A stretch of DNA of 17,611 nt from Armatimonadota bacterium. Lineage in GTDB: Bacteria; Armatimonadota; UBA10988. How positions within the stretch are numbered: the first letter of the stretch is position 1; every line of letters begins with the position of its first letter. Of this stretch, positions 12,691 through 17,611 are shown piece after piece. Position numbers and translations under genes: made by a program. The DNA lies in the NCBI GenBank assembly GCA_016235455.1, contig JACRKZ010000083.1, positions 1 through 17,611 of the forward strand. The letters are read 5' to 3'. The notes under the pieces were generated by a model. That model was not told the DNA's origin and did not search any database. It saw only the letters and a program-made list of their open reading frames with translations.

Positions 12691-14640
12691 CTACTTCGGC
12701 GCGCCGACACTCCCCCAGTCCGGCACGCCGGGCTGCCGGTACCACTGCGCACACAGCGCCTTGAGCGAGCCCGGCACGGCCACGCGCTTGATGTTGGCCC
12801 AGGTCAGCTGGTCGCCCACGGCGAAGTACAGCAGCGTCCGGCCGCCGAACTCCACCAGGTCGGGGTCGGAGGCGTTGACGCCCTCGTCCAGCCCCTCGGG
12901 GCTCAGCACCGGGTTGGCGCTGCTCAGCTCCCAGTGCAGCAGGTCCCGAGAGCGGGTCACGTACGTCTCGTAGTAGTGGCGTGGCGCGCGATGCTCCAGA
13001 TAGAGCACGTAGTAGTAGCCGTCCACATAACGCACACACGGGCAGGCGGTGTAGCGGTTGGTGCCGAAGGTGGCCTGCGGCAGTTTGGTCCAGTGGCGCA
13101 GGTCCTTGGACGTGGCGAACTTGATGGTGAAGGCGGGATAGGCCGGGTCGTTGACCTCATAGGCCATGACGAACCCGTCGCGGCCGGCGCAGACCGAGGT
13201 GTTGAAGACGCCCTCGTTCTCTCCCTTAAGCGCCTCGGCCGAGGTCCAGGTCTTCAGGTCCTTCGACGAGAACACCGCCACGTCGTGCCAGCCATCGGCC
13301 GACCAGCGCGAGGCGAAGGCGTAGACCTGACCGTTGTGGACGATCGCCGAAGCCAGGCCATAGCCCTCGGCGCAGCGGCCGAGTTCCTTGCCGGTCTCGG
13401 CGTCGATGAAGGCCAGGTAGTAGTCCTTAGCCGTGCCGCCCGTGGCTGGGCGCCGGCACTCCATGTGGATCAGCCGGCCCTGCCAGACCAGCGGCGTCAG
13501 CTCGCACAGGCCACGCGTGACCAGCTTGCGTTCGGCCCAGGTGGCGGCGGGCTTGGGCGCCGGCGGGGTCAGATCGGTGAACAGCTCCACCGGCCAGTGC
13601 GGCAGGCGGTAGAAGCCGCGGGGCACCTCCTGCTGGAACTGCACGTAGGCCTTCACGTCGCCCTTCGTCGTCAAGCGGATGTCCTTGACCGTCTCGGGCT
13701 TGACGATGACACCGAACACCTTGTAGCCCGCGACGGTGCTGTCTTCCAGGTCGACCCACAGCGTGCGGCCGTCCTGCACGCTGGCGATGGCGCCCTTGGA
13801 CGGCTCGCCCACGGGCTGGGAGAAGTTGGTCACCACCAGCCGGCAGCGCCGGACAGCGATGTGGCTGTAGGTGTCGAATCCGAAGTTGCTGGACTTGAGC
13901 GCGCATTGCGGGCTGACCAGCGTGCAATCCTCAAGCACGGCGTCGGGCTGTTCGGAGAACTGCTTGTTCTCCACTCTGATGTAGGCCGCTCCGGTATCGC
14001 CCCAGGTGTCGAGCGCCCACAGCCAGCAGCGGCGGAAGGTGATCGGCTCATCGGCTCGTGACAGCACGCTGGCCACGCCGCCGCCAAAGGCGCGGCCGAT
14101 GCAGACGCAGTCCTCGACGATAACGCTGAACGGTTTGACCTGGTTGGTGCCGTCGAAAAAGATGCCCGCGTCGCTGCCGGTGGCATACAGCCCGGCGAAC
14201 CGCCAGCGGTCCCAGCCGATGGACGAGAACGTCTCATCGGTGTGCGCGGGCGACCAGCCCTTGCTCGTGGCACGGATGGTGCTCCACCAGTCGTAGCTCT
14301 TGAAGCCCTTCTGCTCGGGATCGCCCGAGTCGATGACCACCCAGCCCGTGCGGCCGCCGCCGAGCTTGCCGTCGGTGTCACCGACCAGCGCATTGTAGGC
14401 GCCGGCGGCGCCCTGCTGGGCCGGCGACAGGTTGGCCTCGAAATAGGTGTCCGGCCGCACAACGATGCGGATCCCGCCGCCGGCGGGTATAGCGTCGAGC
14501 GCCGCCTGGATGGTGGTGAAGGCCGTGGCCCAGGTCGCGCCGTCGGTGTTGCGGCCGAGCTTGGAGACGTAGAGGTCCTTGGCTTCAGCGCCCACGGCGA
14601 CCAGCGCCGCGGCCAGGACGAGCACACCCATGCGATCCAT
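12691..14640 (-). CDS. Secreted two-domain protein: N-terminal pectin-lyase-like (parallel beta-helix) domain + C-terminal five-bladed beta-propeller (GH43/GH32/GH130-clan-like)
   Basis: GGGAG RBS and signal peptide. DLYVSKLG...DGATWATAFTTIQAALD...IVVRPDTY is a typical beta-helix N-cap, followed by repeated xxEDC/FRRC/LEDS strands. After the linker PPAPKPAA come repeated blades SSKDLKTW, TSKDLRHW, RSRDLLHW, plus NPVLSP and NASDPD. Confidence 0.7.
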   Translation of the reverse strand: MDRMGVLVLAAALVAVGAEAKDLYVSKLGRNTDGATWATAFTTIQAALDAIPAGGGIRIVVRPDTYFEANLSPAQQGAAGAYNALVGDTDGKLGGGRTGWVVIDSGDPEQKGFKSYDWWSTIRATSKGWSPAHTDETFSSIGWDRWRFAGLYATGSDAGIFFDGTNQVKPFSVIVEDCVCIGRAFGGGVASVLSRADEPITFRRCWLWALDTWGDTGAAYIRVENKQFSEQPDAVLEDCTLVSPQCALKSSNFGFDTYSHIAVRRCRLVVTNFSQPVGEPSKGAIASVQDGRTLWVDLEDSTVAGYKVFGVIVKPETVKDIRLTTKGDVKAYVQFQQEVPRGFYRLPHWPVELFTDLTPPAPKPAATWAERKLVTRGLCELTPLVWQGRLIHMECRRPATGGTAKDYYLAFIDAETGKELGRCAEGYGLASAIVHNGQVYAFASRWSADGWHDVAVFSSKDLKTWTSAEALKGENEGVFNTSVCAGRDGFVMAYEVNDPAYPAFTIKFATSKDLRHWTKLPQATFGTNRYTACPCVRYVDGYYYVLYLEHRAPRHYYETYVTRSRDLLHWELSSANPVLSPEGLDEGVNASDPDLVEFGGRTLLYFAVGDQLTWANIKRVAVPGSLKALCAQWYRQPGVPDWGSVGAPK

Positions 14641-14715
14641 CGTTCACTCCCTGCCCACTGCGCCCAGGGCGATGCCCTGGGCTGGTATGACGCCGGGCCT
14701 TCAGCCCTGTGCAAA

Positions 14716-17586
14716 CTACCCGCTCCGGCCCTGCCGTTCCACTCGCAACAACACGGTGCCCGAGGCCGGCAGGTCGACGTCGAACTCGCGGCCGCCGGTG
14801 GTCAGCACCTTCCCGCTGTAGAGGTTGGTCACCTTGGCCGGCGCGGGCAGTGTGACGTGCCGCGTGCCGCCGTCCTTGACGCTCACCGCCAGCAGGTCGC
14901 GGCTGGCCCAGACCACGTCGGGACCGGTGACATAGCGATGCACCTTGGCCGCCTCGGCCAGCCGGACCAGCAGGTCGGTGGGCAGGTTGGGCGCGGCTGA
15001 CCAGACCGCGGTCCAGGTCGGGTAGCGCCGCACCAGCAGCCCTGGGCTGCCATCGGGCAGCGTGCCCAGCACCGTCGCCTGCGGGTCGGCGCCGACCACG
15101 GCGGGCCGCAGCGCCATGCCGTTGCCATACCCGCCAGCCACGCCGGCCACCAGCGGGTCGGTGCCGGCATACGACACCTTGGCGGTTACGGTGCGGTCCT
15201 CCAGCTTGAGCTGCAGACCGCACATCGCGGACATGCCCGTCGGCTGCCAGGCGCCGTCGCGGTACGGGGCGGGCGCATGGAGGAAGACCAGCACACGGCC
15301 GTCGCCCTTAAGCTGCTCGATGGCGGCGCGCTGCGCCGGGGTGGGATCATAGAGCGGAGCGAAGACGATCAGCCGGTGGCGCCGGAGCAGCGCGACATCG
15401 CTCAGGTCATAGTGGCCCACCGGCGCGCCGATGCGGGCCAGCGTGGGCACCTGCTCGAGCATCATATGGTGCATGAGCATGTCGCCGACATTGACCCGCG
15501 CCAGCCCGCGGCTGTCAACCACCAGCGCCACCTGATCGACCGGCGAGCGGTCGGCGGCGAAGGCGGTGGTGGCCACCTCGCGCAGCTTGGCCAGGTGGGC
15601 CATCAACTCCGGGTCGTCGTAGCGGTTGCGGCCGACGTCGAACCACCACTGGCCGACGCCGTTAGTAAGCACGTTGGCCAGTTCGCGGTCCTGTTGGAGC
15701 TTGTCGCCCGCCACGTTGGCCGGCCGGCCCCATTCGCCCTCGGCGCCGGGCGCCAGCGAGGTGCGAATGTCGTTCTCATCGAACCACAGTTTGCCATGCG
15801 CGGTGACGCTGCTCACCGGCGCCATGAAGTGCGAGGTGCCCGTGCCCAGCAGCCGGAAGGCATAGCTGGTGGGGCTGCACATGAAGTCGACATCAGGGCA
15901 GCGCACCACGCGGTCGAAGGCCAGGTGCGCCGCGTTCTGCTGCCGCTGGCCAAAGAGCTGGAGCAGGTAGCCATAGAACACGCCGGTGGTCAGTTTCCGA
16001 CCACTGATGCGCTTGACCGTGGCCGCAAAGTGCTCGATGGTGTCGGCGGCGGTGTCGGCCAGGAACAGGCTGTAGTCGATCGACGCCTGATCGCTCGCGG
16101 GATCCCGTAGCGTGCCGGCGACCGACTTGGCGCGTTCGGCGCGGGTCGGGATGGGCACCACCGGCCGGCCGAGCTTACGCCGATAGGCCTGCCAGGCGGC
16201 GACGCCGTCGGCGCAGTAGTCGGTCCACTGGTCGTCGTTGGCGCCCCACATCATCCACTCTTCGGTGGTGCCGCTGGCCAGATGGTAGCCGATGACGTGG
16301 TCGGCATAGGGCTGCGCGAACGGCTTGGGCTTGCCGTCGCCGGGATCGTAGCTGACCACCGCCTCGGGATGTTGGTCGAGCCACCATTCGGGCGCGGACA
16401 GGTAGAGCCGTGGGAAGACATAGCCGTCGGGGCAGCTATCCAGCACCATGCGCAGCCGCTCGTCGAGCTGACCAAAGTCCCACACACCGGGCGCTTTGGC
16501 CGAATCCACCGACAGGCCGTAGCCACTGGCCGTGGGCGTGCCGCAGATAGTGAACAGCCGCACACCCGCCCCGCCGAACTCGGAAAACACCTGCGGCGTC
16601 GGCCCGTAGGCGGCATAGGCCACCGCCGGCACGGGCTTGTCGTTGATGAACAGCGACGGCGCACCATGGTACGACCGGACCGCCGCGCTGATCGGCCCCG
16701 GCCGGCGCACGGGCACGGTGACCGGCGAGATGACATTGCCCTCGGCCGTCCGGAGCCCGGGTGCCAGCAGCCGCCACTCACCCACGCCGCCTTGCCACTG
16801 CGACAGCGCGAACCGCGCCGTGCCCTGCACGGTCTGGCCCGGCTGCCACCTCGCGGCGGGCTTGTCCCAGTCAATGGTGATCGCCCGCGGCCGCTGGCCA
16901 GCAATGGCCAGGCCCAGCGCCGGCTCACGCGAGCCACTCTCCTCCGACCACGGCCCGGCCATGGTCAGCGCGAACCGCGCCTCCACCTTGGCGCCCATCG
17001 CGGGCGCCGCCGGCAGGCCGGTGACCTCCAGCTTGGCGGCAACCGGTGTCGGCTCCACCAGGCTGACCTCGGCGATGCGCAGCTTGTAGTCGGGCCCCGG
17101 CTTCACATCGAAGGCGATGACCGCCAGATAGCGCGTCGGGAAGTCCAGCCGGCCGTCGCGATCCTTGGTCCAACTGGCCACCTCGAACCGACCCAACGGC
17201 AGGTCCACCGTCTGCCAGTCGCCGCCGGCGGGCAGGCTGACGCGCGGACCGGTCCATTCCGAGTCCGATGCCTCGCCCAGCTTGACGCACAGCGTCAACG
17301 GCGCGCCCTCATTGCGCAACACCAGCCGCAGCTTGCCAAACGGCTCGCTGATGGGGCGGCGCAGGAAGAGGTCGGCAAACGCGCCTTCCTTCAGCCCGAA
17401 GGCCCAGTCCACGACTTTGCCGTGCCCCAGCGCCTCGCCCGCGGCGATGTCGTAGCGGGTGAACTCGCGGGCCAGGCGCGCCGTGTCGCGCGCGGAGTCC
17501 CACGCGGTCACATCGCCCGGCGGCGCGAGCGGCGTGACGGCGGGGGCGAGCAGATTGAGCAGCAGCAGGCTGGCGAGGGGTGGCAT
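14716..17586 (-). CDS. Secreted multidomain glycoside hydrolase, GH42-like/clan GH-A beta-galactosidase-type, with N-terminal CBM-like domain (956 aa)
   Basis: GGGAG RBS and signal peptide. N-terminal beta-sandwich (DWQTVDLPL..F..ASW..D.DGRLDFP). Catalytic-region motifs: GAPSLFIND, WDFGQLD, PRLYLSAPEWW, VIGYHLASGTTEEW, GVFYGY, DFMCSPTSY, KLWFDENDIRT. A GATase-like/trimerisation region and a small C-terminal beta domain follow. Confidence 0.75.
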   Translation of the reverse strand: MPPLASLLLLNLLAPAVTPLAPPGDVTAWDSARDTARLAREFTRYDIAAGEALGHGKVVDWAFGLKEGAFADLFLRRPISEPFGKLRLVLRNEGAPLTLCVKLGEASDSEWTGPRVSLPAGGDWQTVDLPLGRFEVASWTKDRDGRLDFPTRYLAVIAFDVKPGPDYKLRIAEVSLVEPTPVAAKLEVTGLPAAPAMGAKVEARFALTMAGPWSEESGSREPALGLAIAGQRPRAITIDWDKPAARWQPGQTVQGTARFALSQWQGGVGEWRLLAPGLRTAEGNVISPVTVPVRRPGPISAAVRSYHGAPSLFINDKPVPAVAYAAYGPTPQVFSEFGGAGVRLFTICGTPTASGYGLSVDSAKAPGVWDFGQLDERLRMVLDSCPDGYVFPRLYLSAPEWWLDQHPEAVVSYDPGDGKPKPFAQPYADHVIGYHLASGTTEEWMMWGANDDQWTDYCADGVAAWQAYRRKLGRPVVPIPTRAERAKSVAGTLRDPASDQASIDYSLFLADTAADTIEHFAATVKRISGRKLTTGVFYGYLLQLFGQRQQNAAHLAFDRVVRCPDVDFMCSPTSYAFRLLGTGTSHFMAPVSSVTAHGKLWFDENDIRTSLAPGAEGEWGRPANVAGDKLQQDRELANVLTNGVGQWWFDVGRNRYDDPELMAHLAKLREVATTAFAADRSPVDQVALVVDSRGLARVNVGDMLMHHMMLEQVPTLARIGAPVGHYDLSDVALLRRHRLIVFAPLYDPTPAQRAAIEQLKGDGRVLVFLHAPAPYRDGAWQPTGMSAMCGLQLKLEDRTVTAKVSYAGTDPLVAGVAGGYGNGMALRPAVVGADPQATVLGTLPDGSPGLLVRRYPTWTAVWSAAPNLPTDLLVRLAEAAKVHRYVTGPDVVWASRDLLAVSVKDGGTRHVTLPAPAKVTNLYSGKVLTTGGREFDVDLPASGTVLLRVERQGRSG

Positions 17587-17611
17587 GGTCGGCTCCCTGG
17601 CTGGGGGTTCG

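Noticed and set aside
12415-16110. Plus-strand ORFs 12415-14061, 14242-15000 and 15277-16110
   Set aside because: Antisense shadows of the two large minus-strand genes.
1-17611. CRISPR arrays, IS/transposases, integrases, tRNA/rRNA, defence or toxin-antitoxin genes
   Set aside because: No regularly spaced repeats, terminal inverted repeats or diagnostic motifs were seen by eye; covariance-model searches were not possible.

Overview
GC-rich bacterial DNA. The prepilin/H-X9-DG gene with the [19 protein letters not shown] signature, plus many large signal-peptide carbohydrate enzymes, suggests Armatimonadota or a similar PVC-like lineage (inference). I find about 12 real CDSs; most other ORFs in the track are GC-rich shadow frames. 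Left: a minus-strand run phoD-like phosphatase -> multidomain GH106-like rhamnosidase -> GH78 alpha-L-rhamnosidase (cut by the window edge and missing from the ORF track). It diverges from a plus-strand pair: a Tat-exported Gfo/Idh/MocA oxidoreductase and a tandem SASA (sialate O-acetylesterase-like) esterase whose second domain has lost its catalytic residues. Middle: a 14-bp hairpin, an orphan DUF1559-type prepilin-like gene, a secreted HExxH zinc peptidase, a DedA gene coupled to a small membrane protein, and a small exported protein with a structured leader. Right: a beta-helix/beta-propeller fusion protein and a GH42-like multidomain glycosidase. I see no rRNA, tRNA, CRISPR array, IS or phage signal. 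I cannot establish a clearly new system. The best lead is an exported toolkit for dismantling a decorated (phosphorylated/O-acetylated) rhamnose-containing glycan, which is an inference.
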